The notes: generated from the letters alone by a model not told the origin. A DNA stretch of 64,000 nucleotides from an uncultured Candidatus Saccharimonas sp. (GCA_943358095.1 CALRGT010000002.1:32782-96781); one strand, 5' to 3'. Shown: positions 30,094 through 39,439, numbered from the stretch's first letter. Translations and numbers: made by a program.

Positions 30094-30825
30094 TTATTTT
30101 AGTCTTAAATCAGATGGTTCGAGGCCTAAGCGGTCGCCATCAAATCCATTTTTGTTCATAAACACCAAATCAGTAATCATTAGGTTTCGCTGAATTTGTC
30201 GCTCTGCTTCTGAGCTATCAAGCATGAACCTGGTGTGGTAGGGGTGTTCGATTTCATGCGCTTCGTCACCAATAAAAGTTACCGTCGGGAAGATATTTGA
30301 CTCCGGTAGAATCAAGACTGTGTCCAGAGCTAGTCTTGCAACTAGTAGTCCAGAATTTTCTTTAGGTTTAGGACTTTCATGGTTAGTTGTGGCCATGTTG
30401 GCATTGCGGTCAATTATCATTATGCCCGATTCTGGTCCCGACAACTGGGTTATTAAGCGGACGCCAGGGTCGTTTGTCTCGTTGTCGCTATCGATGTGCC
30501 AATTCTCTCTTGATCCTGTTGTCAACAAGGCAGATTTTGTGGTCATGATGTTGCTCTGATGCACCGTAAGCTCTCTTATGGCGTCAACGGCATCGATAAG
30601 TTGGGCAGGTTGATTAACGTAGCGTTTAGCACCCATCTTTTTGGGAAAGCTCCGGCCGTATTCGTCGGATAAGTCGTGACTTAGCCCAGCAATAGATATT
30701 GCGCCAATACCCAGGGTTAGGGCGTCGCTAACGGCTCGACTGACGGCCTCAGGGTTAGACCTCGGGTTTATGTCGAAGGCGTGAATATTAATATCGCTAT
30801 AATTAGGATTTCTTTTTTGTGACAT
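30094..30825 (-). CDS. Hypothetical protein, paralog 1 of a tandem pair (possible cupin/2OG-oxygenase-like HxD...H; very tentative)
   Basis: The 243-aa ORF is alignable to the upstream gene: AFDINPRSNPEAVSRA vs AFDYREDPEAATRS, DPGVRLITQLSG vs KPGVRMLANASG, VLILPES vs VVVIPES. It contains WHIDSD and HEIEHPYH. Confidence 0.6.
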   Translation of the reverse strand: MSQKRNPNYSDINIHAFDINPRSNPEAVSRAVSDALTLGIGAISIAGLSHDLSDEYGRSFPKKMGAKRYVNQPAQLIDAVDAIRELTVHQSNIMTTKSALLTTGSRENWHIDSDNETNDPGVRLITQLSGPESGIMIIDRNANMATTNHESPKPKENSGLLVARLALDTVLILPESNIFPTVTFIGDEAHEIEHPYHTRFMLDSSEAERQIQRNLMITDLVFMNKNGFDGDRLGLEPSDLRLK

Positions 30826-30840
30826 TGGTTGATTTCCTAA

Positions 30841-31539
30841 TTATTTAGCTGGTTTTTGGCTACGCATCTCGTCAGCCTTGAGGTCTAGGCCGGTCATGTA
30901 ATTTGCAGATCCGATAGAAAGATCGACAATAGCCATATCTGTTCGGTTGCCTTTAATTATCTTGTAGAATGGTGATTCGGCGTTTTTTAGTCCTTCGTCT
31001 GTCTCTATTGGTAGGCCATTTCTTGGCAGTGGTGATTCAGGTATAACGACTACTGAGCCCATTGGAACTCGCGCGATGTTAATAACAGCTAAAGCTTTTG
31101 GTTTAGGCTGCCAGATTTCATTCTTTTGATCAAATCTAACTTGGTCGTTGTCGGCAATAGACACAACAGATGTGTATAGGCCAGATGCGTTGGCTAGCAT
31201 TCTAACCCCAGGCTTAACAACACTCTTGTCTTGGCTCCATCGAGTATCTGTTCCAAGCTGAGTAAGATTGGTTGCGGCTACCTCTACATCGTCAGGAATA
31301 TCTGTAAATTTTGCAATTGTTTCTGTCAGGCTATCGAAGGCGGAAATTTTATCTACAGTTACTCTGCCTCCTGCGTTAGGAAATTTCATAGCAGTTAACT
31401 CTCTATTGTTGTAAGCACCATTTATCACACCAAAGCCATGTATAGCCATTGACGCCAGTGCGCTACGTGTGGCAGCCTCTGGATCCTCTCGGTAGTCAAA
31501 GGCTTCAACTTGCTTTAGATATGTTTTGTGCTCTCCCAT
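30841..31539 (-). CDS. Hypothetical protein, paralog 2 of the tandem pair
   Basis: The ORF track starts at 31584. I prefer ATG 31539 (MGEHKTYLKQVEAFDY...), 9 nt downstream of the minus-strand TATAAT (plus-strand attata 31549-31554). It lacks the His of the WHxD motif (WSQD). Confidence 0.6.
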   Translation of the reverse strand: MGEHKTYLKQVEAFDYREDPEAATRSALASMAIHGFGVINGAYNNRELTAMKFPNAGGRVTVDKISAFDSLTETIAKFTDIPDDVEVAATNLTQLGTDTRWSQDKSVVKPGVRMLANASGLYTSVVSIADNDQVRFDQKNEIWQPKPKALAVINIARVPMGSVVVIPESPLPRNGLPIETDEGLKNAESPFYKIIKGNRTDMAIVDLSIGSANYMTGLDLKADEMRSQKPAK

Positions 31540-31592
31540 AAGGCGATTATTATAGTACATGCATAGGTTTGTGTCTATAGCCAAAATAACAG

Positions 31593-32687
31593 ATGACTTC
31601 CTTGGTTTTGAGTGCTGCTACAATTTATGTTATAATATTACTCATTATGAGCGTGTCAAGCGGGGACCAGCAAGGTAATGAGAATTATAAGGAGAGCCAG
31701 AGGCCGTTAAGATGGCAGAAAGGCCCATTCTTGGTGTCTTGGTTATCTAAGCGTAATTCCGAGCCTACAGAGGCTGAAAATCCCTTAGAGTCATCAAATG
31801 GCGAGACTGACACACCCCAGCGCCGATTCAAAAAAGCTTGGAGTAGAGCATTTGGTGGGGTAGCCATAGAAAGTCCCATGGAGATTAATAGCTCGCCAAA
31901 TATTTTAGAAGATTCTTACGAGGAGATTAGTGAGCCCGCGCCACTCGAATTTATGCCAAGCAGCAAGGGTGATTATCAGGGGTTGATGATTATAGATCAC
32001 GCCGACGATTTTGCCCTAGACCATGCTTTGCTGGCAAGCTTAGTTTCTGACACTATTTCTTCACCGGATCATAAGCCAATCGCGCGGCAATATTTAAATG
32101 ACTCCTTAGAAACAAAAACCAACATAACGACAGAGCAGGCTAAGTCTTCTCGTTCAGTTGCCAGAAACTTTAGTTCGCCTGCAGAAATACCCTACGAAAT
32201 TCGTGGCAAGAAGCCCGAATCAATTTTAAGTAGACCGGTAACAGCCACAGAAAGATCCGAAGTCATTGAGGGTCAATACGAGCCTAATCCAGAAATTAGG
32301 GCTGATGGTCCAAAGGCTACCCGCAGTAGCGCCACGCATGTTGGGGTGATTTTGGCCTCTCGTCCTACTCCTACCACGCCCGCTACAGATGATTATTCTA
32401 TCCAATACCAGGCCCCGGTAGAAGAATCCAAGCCAGAATCTGCACCGATAAACTATGATCCTCTCTACAGTATTTCCGCTCCGAAGTCGTCCACCTTCTT
32501 CAAGGCTGCATGGCCACTCGAGCCAATGGTTAGCAGGCTGCCGGATGGACCAGACAATCAAGAAGAGTTATTAATGCTATCAGAAGAATCCGTCTACAGT
32601 GACCTTTATCGGCGTGCCATAAGAGGCGGCTTCTTCGGCGGTCTAGCTACAATATTTGTCATAGTGGTGGTTAGTATAATTAGTTGA
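31593..32687 (+). CDS. Hypothetical membrane protein, largely disordered, with N- and C-terminal TM helices
   Basis: The 364-aa ORF has an N-terminal SLVLSAATIYVIILLIMSV, a C-terminal FFGGLATIFVIVVVSIIS, and a Pro/Ser/Glu-rich middle. An alternative start is ATG 31650. Confidence 0.5.
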   Translation: MTSLVLSAATIYVIILLIMSVSSGDQQGNENYKESQRPLRWQKGPFLVSWLSKRNSEPTEAENPLESSNGETDTPQRRFKKAWSRAFGGVAIESPMEINSSPNILEDSYEEISEPAPLEFMPSSKGDYQGLMIIDHADDFALDHALLASLVSDTISSPDHKPIARQYLNDSLETKTNITTEQAKSSRSVARNFSSPAEIPYEIRGKKPESILSRPVTATERSEVIEGQYEPNPEIRADGPKATRSSATHVGVILASRPTPTTPATDDYSIQYQAPVEESKPESAPINYDPLYSISAPKSSTFFKAAWPLEPMVSRLPDGPDNQEELLMLSEESVYSDLYRRAIRGGFFGGLATIFVIVVVSIIS

Positions 32688-32748
32688 TCGCTATCGTGTG
32701 GCGTAATCCCCAAGTTTTTGATAATATTCAGTAGTAAAAGGAGCTCAT

Positions 32749-33138
32749 ATGTTTAAACTAGATGACAATTTATTACAAGAATTAGGACTGGGCACTTTGC
32801 CGGCAGTCGAGAAGAATAAAATGCTCAGCCATATTTATGAGACGTTAGAAATGCGTGTTGGTATGAAGTTGGCAGAACAGATGAGTAACGATCAGTTAGA
32901 CGAGTTTGAGAGTTATATCGACCGCAATGACGAGCCTGGTGCCTTGAAGTGGCTAGAAGCTAATTTTCCTGGTTACAAGCAGGTAGTTGCTGATGAATTA
33001 GAGAAGTTAAAAATCGAAATCCGTTCTGCAGCGCCACAAATCGTCGCAGCATCTCAGGCTGATCCAATCAATCAGGCACCTCAGCCCGCACAACCTCAAG
33101 CTCCTGCCGCATATCAGCCGCCAGCTAACCAGCAATAA
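32749..33138 (+). CDS. Hypothetical protein (resembles the Patescibacteria family I recall as DUF5663) with Q/P/A-rich tail
   Basis: The 129-aa ORF is preceded by an AAAGGAG SD. It reads MFKLDDNLLQELGLGTLPAVEKNKMLSHIYETLEMRVGMKLAEQMSNDQLDEFE. Confidence 0.6.
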   Translation: MFKLDDNLLQELGLGTLPAVEKNKMLSHIYETLEMRVGMKLAEQMSNDQLDEFESYIDRNDEPGALKWLEANFPGYKQVVADELEKLKIEIRSAAPQIVAASQADPINQAPQPAQPQAPAAYQPPANQQ

Positions 33139-33146
33139 GTCGCTGT

Positions 33147-34076
33147 CTATAAATCTTTGCCGTAGCCCGCAAGAAATTGCTTTGCCGTCATAATTTTTTT
33201 GCCGGCAGGCTTTAATTCGTCTATCACGAGTAATTTGTCAGAGGTGCGCACCACTAATTGCTTGTCGTCGGTGGCTTTGGCTTGCCCAATAGTTAGGTCG
33301 TCCACCGCGTCATCAACATGCGCCGCACAAATTATCACGTCCTTGCCAGCTAGTGTCGTATAGCTTCTTGGCCAATCAATAAATCCTCTTATCTCGCGTT
33401 CAATTTGTTCGGCTGGCTTCTTCCAATCAATCAGTCCGTCGGCTTTGCTTAGCTTGCGTGAATAAGTTGGCAGGTATGGTCGATTCATGGCTCTGGCGGC
33501 AGTTTCTTGCGACACAGGTTTAACCTCGCCATCAACATACATAGGTAGATAATGGTCGAGCAGGGCATCGCTAAGCTCAATCAGACCATCGGTTAATTTA
33601 GGCGTAGTAATGTCGCCTGGCAGGTCATAAACACCTTCAGCCAATATTTCACCTTCATCCAGTTTCTGATTAATAAGCATCAAACTAACGCCAGTGTTCT
33701 TTTGTCCGCTTAATATCGAAAAGGTGATAGGATCAGCGCCTCGCCACTCTGGTAATAAAGAGAAATGACTGTTGATAATACCAAGAGGAAAGTAGTCGAT
33801 AACATCTTGCCCAATAATAACTCCATAGTCTATAACGATACCAAGCTGACTCGTTACTGGTTTGGTCGCGAAAAGCTCCGACAACTCGCTTTTGGTAGAT
33901 GCGTAATAAGTTTTGAGCCCGAGAGATTCCACTAGTGTTACAACAGGGAAGTCGCCCCGATGATGGCTAGGTTTTGGCTTGGTAATAACGGCTTCGATAT
34001 GGTATTTTTTTGCCAGTAATTCTAATGACTTAGCAGCGACCGGTCCACTACCAAAAAACACTAAAGAAATCTTCAT
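33147..34076 (-). CDS. fmt: Methionyl-tRNA formyltransferase
   Basis: The 309-aa ORF has FFGSGPVAAKSLELL, the SLLPEWRGADPI motif (HxSLLPxxRG family) and a C-terminal domain. It lies directly downstream of def. Confidence 0.9.
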   Translation of the reverse strand: MKISLVFFGSGPVAAKSLELLAKKYHIEAVITKPKPSHHRGDFPVVTLVESLGLKTYYASTKSELSELFATKPVTSQLGIVIDYGVIIGQDVIDYFPLGIINSHFSLLPEWRGADPITFSILSGQKNTGVSLMLINQKLDEGEILAEGVYDLPGDITTPKLTDGLIELSDALLDHYLPMYVDGEVKPVSQETAARAMNRPYLPTYSRKLSKADGLIDWKKPAEQIEREIRGFIDWPRSYTTLAGKDVIICAAHVDDAVDDLTIGQAKATDDKQLVVRTSDKLLVIDELKPAGKKIMTAKQFLAGYGKDL

Positions 34077-34078
34077 AT

Positions 34079-34657
34079 TTACTCCCCCCAGAGTCTTGGA
34101 TTATCTTTGATCAGGCTGTCATAATCTTGTGGTTCAAGTTTGCCATCTTCCATGATCTTGTAGAAAGCTTCGCTATTGTCCTTGATGTGGTCGATAAAAA
34201 CTATGCCGTTGTTGTGATCGATCTCGTGTTGAAATACGCGAGCCAGAAAGCCCTCGGCTGTGATACGAATTTGCTTGCCTTCGAGGTTAGTAGCTTTTAC
34301 GCGCACCTTTGTGTGGCGTGGTACTTTGCCATAAACATCAGGAATACTTAGGCATCCCTCGAAATCTTCTTCGATTACACCCTCGTATTTAGTGATCTCT
34401 GGATTAATAAAGATATTAAAATTTCGATTATCTTTGTCGTCAAAATCTTCTCGTATTACCACGACTCGGATTAAGCTATCGATCTGAACAGCTGCCAGAG
34501 CCACACCAACTTCGTGTTCACGACTATCTTCCCAGTCGAGAGTAGCGGACTCCATATCATCAATAAGATTCAGGATTTTGTCACTTATAACACCGACTTT
34601 TGTAGATCGTTGGCGTAAATGAGCGTTAGGTAAGGCGATAATGTGGTCTTTGGTCAT
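34079..34657 (-). CDS. def: Peptide deformylase
   Basis: The 192-aa ORF has the three PDF motifs GVALAAVQI, EGCLSIP and QHEIDHNNG. Confidence 0.93.
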   Translation of the reverse strand: MTKDHIIALPNAHLRQRSTKVGVISDKILNLIDDMESATLDWEDSREHEVGVALAAVQIDSLIRVVVIREDFDDKDNRNFNIFINPEITKYEGVIEEDFEGCLSIPDVYGKVPRHTKVRVKATNLEGKQIRITAEGFLARVFQHEIDHNNGIVFIDHIKDNSEAFYKIMEDGKLEPQDYDSLIKDNPRLWGE

Positions 34658-34704
34658 TTGGTAGAGTATAGCCTATGACAGGGGTTGTGGTCCAGACCGT
34701 AAAG

Positions 34705-34830
34705 CTATTTATCATTTAGCATTTGTCATTTTGACATTTATTTGTCAGGTGGCATTTGGTCATTGTAGCTTCAATGTAAAATGGTCAATGTCAAAATAAA
34801 TGATCAATGTTAAATGACAAATGATCAATC
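34705..34830. repeat. CATTT/CAATG-rich hairpin repeat element, copy E4 (priA-def spacer)
   Basis: The left arm is atttatcatttagcatttgtcattttgacatttatttgtcaggtggcatttggtcattg. The apex is tagctt. The right arm is caatgtaaaatggtcaatgtcaaaataaatgatcaatgttaaatgacaaatgatcaatc. The priA stop codon (34829-34831) overlaps its end. Confidence 0.85.
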
Positions 34831-36793
34831 AGAGCAAATTAGAGGGGTCGATATCGTAACTGCAGTTTGCCGGTAGCTCCTTGATGATGTCCACTAGACT
34901 GGCTCGGTTCTTGGCCTTGATGACTGCCTGCCAGCGGTATTCGCCTGCGGTCTTTTCGTAGAAGCTTGGGCTTGGTCCAATAATCTTAACTGGTAGCCGA
35001 AGTTGGCGTAAGCTGTCCACTAATTCACTAGCTGCTTTTTGCGCACCATTGACTGTTTTTCGGCTAATAGTTAGCTTGAGTAGATAGCAAAACGGCGGAA
35101 ACATAAATTGTTGGCGTTCCTTAATTTCTGATTGATAAAAGCTCGGCCAATCCTTGGTGATTGCAGCAATAATCGCCGGGCTTTCGGGCTGATACGTCTG
35201 TATTACGGCAGCGCCCTTACGGTGACCACGCGCGATTCGACCAATAACTTGAGTAAGTAATTGATAAGTTCGTTCTGTGGCAGTGTAGTCGGGGAAGCTT
35301 AGCGAAGAATCGGCAGAAACAACTCCGACAAAGCTAAGCTTGGGCAGATCCAGGCCTTTTACCAGCATTTGAGTACCAACTAGTATGTCGACTTTGCCCT
35401 CACTCACAGAGGCGTAATGTTGCTCGAACCGATCAGCCTTCAAATTATCCGTATCGAATCTTTGTAGTCTAGCCTTTGGAAAAAGTCTTTCCAGCGCGTC
35501 TATTAACGACTTGGTGCCTAAGCTGCGGAAGATAATGTCTGTCGACCCACAACCGCCAGCTTTAACAGGGCAGGATGATGGCGTGCGATCTTTAAATCCG
35601 CAAGTGTGGCATCGCATTTGATGATTATCGCCATGGTAAGTCAGCGGTAGGTCACAGTTCGGGCAGGTTGCTTGCCAGCCACAGCTTTGACAAAGAACCA
35701 ATCTAGCAGTACCGCGACGATTAAGAAATATCAATGATTGTTCGCCGTTATTGAGAGCGTTCTGGACGCCGTCCAATAGTTCGTTAGATAAATATCCATG
35801 TCGACTAAAATGATTTTTGTCGCGGGCTAACACTACTGTTATTTCAGGTGCGCTAACCTCGTCGCTAGTGGCAAGTTTGGTCATTCGTATGATCTTTGCT
35901 TTTTTGGTTTCGGCAATATAATAGTCGGTGATATTTGGCGTAGCAGAGCCTAAAATTGCTATACAGCCGTGTAGTTGTGCGAGCTTGCTGGCAACGCGCC
36001 GCGCATCATAGTGCGGAGTTTGATCTTGTTTATAGGCGCCCTCGTGAGACTCATCAACTACAACTAATCCAAGACTTCGAAACGGAATAAATAACGCCGA
36101 TCGAGGTCCTATCGCGACAATTGGTTGGTCGGCATATAAAACTTTCGTCCAGGCATTGCGTCTTTCGGCGATAGTTAAATTAGAGTGAAACAATATGACT
36201 TGGCCCTGAAAGGTCTGCTCAAACTCCCTCGTTAGTTGCGGCGTTAAGCTAATTTCTGGGGTAAGAATCAGGACATCCTTGCCTTGGCTTATTTGCTGTT
36301 TGGCCAGCTCTAGATATAGCCGAGTTTTGCCCGTGCCAGTATCGCCGTGTAATAGGACGGTCGACCCAGGAGTTGTGCTATTGATCGTATTTAAGGCTTC
36401 CGTTTGTTCGCCAGTCAACTTAGGTAGTGCGGATGCGTCGACGGTCTTAATCTCGGTATTTTTTGGCTTTCTAGGTATTTGCAATAATCCAGAAGGAATG
36501 AATTGGGCGGCAATATAACTTTGTGGGGCAGGGTAGTATTTGGCCAGCCAGTCCATAAGCTCAAGGCTAGTAGCGGGTAGTGGTTTGTCGATTGTAGTGC
36601 GCGTAATTGGCTTTAATTTAAAGCTTGGTTTACCAGTAGCTTCTACAACGACGCCGCCAGTTTGTTTATTTTGCAAAGGAACTTCAACTAATTGCCCCGG
36701 TTTTATGACTTCATCAAATGAGTAAGTTAACGGTTCGCTACCCCTGTAACGTTGACTAGACACCAGCACCTTGTAGTAATACATGTCTACCAT
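34829..36793 (-). CDS. priA: Primosomal protein N' (replication restart helicase PriA)
   Basis: The 654-aa ORF has Walker A LLHGDTGTGKT, DESHE, a Cys-rich zinc-binding insert (CQSCGWQATCPNCD...CHTCG) and helicase C-terminal motifs. Confidence 0.92.
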   Translation of the reverse strand: MVDMYYYKVLVSSQRYRGSEPLTYSFDEVIKPGQLVEVPLQNKQTGGVVVEATGKPSFKLKPITRTTIDKPLPATSLELMDWLAKYYPAPQSYIAAQFIPSGLLQIPRKPKNTEIKTVDASALPKLTGEQTEALNTINSTTPGSTVLLHGDTGTGKTRLYLELAKQQISQGKDVLILTPEISLTPQLTREFEQTFQGQVILFHSNLTIAERRNAWTKVLYADQPIVAIGPRSALFIPFRSLGLVVVDESHEGAYKQDQTPHYDARRVASKLAQLHGCIAILGSATPNITDYYIAETKKAKIIRMTKLATSDEVSAPEITVVLARDKNHFSRHGYLSNELLDGVQNALNNGEQSLIFLNRRGTARLVLCQSCGWQATCPNCDLPLTYHGDNHQMRCHTCGFKDRTPSSCPVKAGGCGSTDIIFRSLGTKSLIDALERLFPKARLQRFDTDNLKADRFEQHYASVSEGKVDILVGTQMLVKGLDLPKLSFVGVVSADSSLSFPDYTATERTYQLLTQVIGRIARGHRKGAAVIQTYQPESPAIIAAITKDWPSFYQSEIKERQQFMFPPFCYLLKLTISRKTVNGAQKAASELVDSLRQLRLPVKIIGPSPSFYEKTAGEYRWQAVIKAKNRASLVDIIKELPANCSYDIDPSNLL

Positions 36794-36838
36794 TATAGAC
36801 TTTTATATGAAAAATTATGGTTGAATTGTTTTTAGTAT

Positions 36839-37168
36839 GTGTCTATACTAAATGTTGTTCTAATAACAATGAAGGTGCTTATGCTAGACGTATTTATCAC
36901 ATCCAGGGTTCGACGCAAGATCATAGTTGTCTATGCCAAATATCCTGACTTCAAAACTCATGTACGCGGACTTGCTAAACTTATTAAAGAAGACGCCGGC
37001 AACATTCAACGTGAACTAAAAAGATTAGAAAAAATAGGATTCTTGATTTCGGAACGCCAAGGTAACACCAAGATTTACCACACCAACAAGCAGTTTGCTA
37101 TCTTTAAGGAACTTCAAAGTATCGTTCTAAAATCTCAGCGAATGAACCAGAAGCGTCCCGGCGCCTAG
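36839..37168 (+). CDS. Small winged-helix (ArsR/MarR-like) transcriptional regulator; start ambiguous (36839/36869/36881)
   Basis: The segment HVRGLAKLIKEDAGNIQRELKRLEKIGFLISERQGNTKIYHTN fits an HTH-wing pattern. It is divergent from priA. Confidence 0.55.
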   Translation: MSILNVVLITMKVLMLDVFITSRVRRKIIVVYAKYPDFKTHVRGLAKLIKEDAGNIQRELKRLEKIGFLISERQGNTKIYHTNKQFAIFKELQSIVLKSQRMNQKRPGA

Positions 37169-37294
37169 CCTTAATTAATTAAATAATGCAACTTATGCAA
37201 AAAAACAGAAGTAATAGTCTACAACCTCAAGCAATATATATCCAGTTTTTGTCCACGCAGACTGCAATAATACAATCGTTGATAAGATTTGGGG

Positions 37295-37323
37295 TTGCGC
37301 GATTGCCTCTGTTAGGGTAGAAT
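37295..37323 (+). promoter_or_regulatory. Promoter of rpsU (ATG 9 nt after the -10 box)
   Basis: TTGCGC (37295-37300), a 17-nt spacer, then TAGAAT (37318-37323). The ATG is at 37333 and there is no SD. Confidence 0.55.
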
Positions 37324-37332
37324 ACTCCAGAT

Positions 37333-37545
37333 ATGATACAAGTTACCCGTAAGGACTCAAAAGAATCTGTAGAAAACTTATTGCGACGTTTTAGTCGTAA
37401 GGTTCAACAGTCTGGCAATCTTATGATCGCTAAGTCTAACCAAAACTTCGAAAAGCCAATAAGTAAAGTTGAGAGACGCAAGAAAGCGATTATTCGCAGA
37501 CAGCGCAAGGCTATCAAGGTCAAGAAGCTAAAACTCGGTCTTTAA
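37333..37545 (+). CDS. rpsU: 30S ribosomal protein S21
   Basis: The 70-aa basic ORF MIQVTRKDSKESVENLLRRFSRKVQQSGNL...ERRKKAIIRRQRK fits the S21 pattern. Confidence 0.85.
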   Translation: MIQVTRKDSKESVENLLRRFSRKVQQSGNLMIAKSNQNFEKPISKVERRKKAIIRRQRKAIKVKKLKLGL

Positions 37546-37572
37546 GCAAAACTCTCGGCAATCTAAACTACA

Positions 37573-37604
37573 AATACCCTACGACAAGTAGGGTATTTGT
37601 TTTG
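37573..37604 (+). terminator. Intrinsic terminator after rpsU
   Basis: AATACCCTAC (37573-37582) pairs with GTAGGGTATT (37588-37597), followed by TGTTTT. Confidence 0.7.
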
Positions 37605-37638
37605 AGAGACACTTCCTATCTGGTACAATCAAGGTGAA

Positions 37639-38088
37639 ATGAGTTTAAAGAACCAAATCGACGCTGATATTAAAGTTGCCATGTTGGCTGGTGAGAAAAC
37701 ACTGGTCACTACTTTGCGCGGCCTAAAAAGCGCCATTTTAAATGTCGAAGTAGCCAAGGGGTTACGAGAGACTGGGTTGGCTGACAGCGAAATTACCGAT
37801 ATTCTCGCCAAGGAAGCAAAGAAGCGCCAAGAAAGTGCCGATATGTATATACAAGGCAATTCTAAGGAGCGGGCTGATGCCGAGCTGCAAGAGAAGGCTA
37901 TTATAGAAAGATATTTACCCAAGCAACTCAGCGAACAAGAGATTCAGCAAATTATTAACGAAGTAACAGCCGAACTCGGAACCAGTGTGCAGCAAATGGG
38001 TCAAATCATTGGTGCAGTAAAAGCCAAAACGTCAGGTTCCGCAGACGGCGCAATCATAGCAAAATTAGTTAAGGAGAAATTACAGTGA
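37639..38088 (+). CDS. GatB/YqeY domain protein
   Basis: The 149-aa ORF MSLKNQIDADIKVAMLAGEKTLVTTLRGLKSAI...EITDILAKEAKKRQESADMY...GAVKAKTSGSADGAIIAKLVKEKL is typical of the YqeY family. Confidence 0.85.
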   Translation: MSLKNQIDADIKVAMLAGEKTLVTTLRGLKSAILNVEVAKGLRETGLADSEITDILAKEAKKRQESADMYIQGNSKERADAELQEKAIIERYLPKQLSEQEIQQIINEVTAELGTSVQQMGQIIGAVKAKTSGSADGAIIAKLVKEKLQ

Positions 38089-38633
38089 TCATATTTATGG
38101 GAGTAGCTGGATCGGGTAAAAGCGTACAGGGCAAGTTGTTGGCCGACGAGCAAGGATTGCCCTGGCTTTCGACTGGTGAGTTCCTTCGTATGTTAATTTC
38201 TGGTCAACGACGTAAGGATATGCAAGCTGGTCAACTACTCGAAGACAAAGAAGTTATCGCATTGGTACGTAAAATTTTTGGTGTGGTTGATACTAACAAT
38301 GAGTTTGTGCTTGACGGCTTTCCACGAACAGTTGCACAGGCTGACTGGCTACTTAGCCAAGTTAAGCACGGTCAGTTGCATATGACAGCTGTTATTCATT
38401 TGACGGCCTCAAAAGACGACGTTCGTACGCGTTTATTGGCTCGTGGACGTGTAGATGATCACGAAGAGGCTATTGCCGAACGCTTTAAGGAATACGAAGA
38501 AGGTATCACACAAGTTTTACAGCAATTCCGTGCTGCCGATGTTAAAGTTTTTGACATTAATGCCGCTCAAACTGTTGATGAAGTTCACGCCGACATCGTA
38601 AAAGCTATGAATTTTACTAATGATAAGGCTTAA
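38085..38633 (+). CDS. adk: Adenylate kinase (short form, no zinc lid)
   Basis: The GTG start overlaps the upstream stop (GTGA). It has the P-loop MGVAGSGKSVQG, LSTGEFLR, LDGFPRTVAQADWL and RGRVDD. Confidence 0.85.
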   Translation: MIIFMGVAGSGKSVQGKLLADEQGLPWLSTGEFLRMLISGQRRKDMQAGQLLEDKEVIALVRKIFGVVDTNNEFVLDGFPRTVAQADWLLSQVKHGQLHMTAVIHLTASKDDVRTRLLARGRVDDHEEAIAERFKEYEEGITQVLQQFRAADVKVFDINAAQTVDEVHADIVKAMNFTNDKA

Positions 38634-39366
38634 GACCGAAAAAGAAATTGAGTTGATGCGCCGTAGCGGCAAGATGCTCGCTACTGTTTTGCAGTTAATG
38701 GCCGAAAAGACGGCTGTTGGGTTAACACCAAAAGATATGTCGGCAATTGCCCGTGCTAAGCTCAAAGCTCTTGGCGGCGAGCCAGCATTTGAGGGCTATC
38801 AAGGCTTCCCAGACATAATTTGTATATCTGTTAATAACCAAGTTCAGCACAGTATTCCTGATGTTCATGTATTTCAGGAGGGAGATGTCGTGAACTACGA
38901 TTTTGGCGTTCGCTATAAGGGCATGGTGACTGACGGCGGCATCACTGTTGGTGTTGGTGAGATAAGTAAATCATCTCAGCGCTTGATAGACGGCACACGC
39001 CTAGCTCTTGAGGCTGGATTATCGGTAGTACGTGATGGTTGTAAGGTGGGTGATATCTCGGCCGCAATCGAAGAAGTTTTGAAGGGCCATAAACTAGGTA
39101 TTGTGCGCGAACTAGTTGGTCACGGTGTTGGACACGAATTACACGAAGAACCAGAAATCCCTAACTACGGTCATGCTGGTCGTGGACCTATTTTGCGGGC
39201 TGGTATGACAGTTGCGATTGAGCCAATAGCCAACCTAGGCGGTGACGATATCATTGGCGATGTCGACGGATGGACGCTCTGGACAGCTGACGGAAGCAAG
39301 TCAGCACAGTTCGAACATACGATTCTAGTCACCGAAAACGGCTACGAAATCTTAACTCAAGTATAG
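38620..39366 (+). CDS. map: Methionine aminopeptidase, type I
   Basis: The 248-aa ORF has the metal ligand context VNYDFGVRYKGMVTDGG, VGHGVGHELHEEP, AIEP and QFEHTILVT. Confidence 0.93.
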   Translation: MIRLKTEKEIELMRRSGKMLATVLQLMAEKTAVGLTPKDMSAIARAKLKALGGEPAFEGYQGFPDIICISVNNQVQHSIPDVHVFQEGDVVNYDFGVRYKGMVTDGGITVGVGEISKSSQRLIDGTRLALEAGLSVVRDGCKVGDISAAIEEVLKGHKLGIVRELVGHGVGHELHEEPEIPNYGHAGRGPILRAGMTVAIEPIANLGGDDIIGDVDGWTLWTADGSKSAQFEHTILVTENGYEILTQV

Positions 39367-39439
39367 TTCGCCCAAATTATTATCTAAAACTATAAACTTA
39401 CTACTGTTCAGACATTGCACTTATGGTATACTTTTGGAT

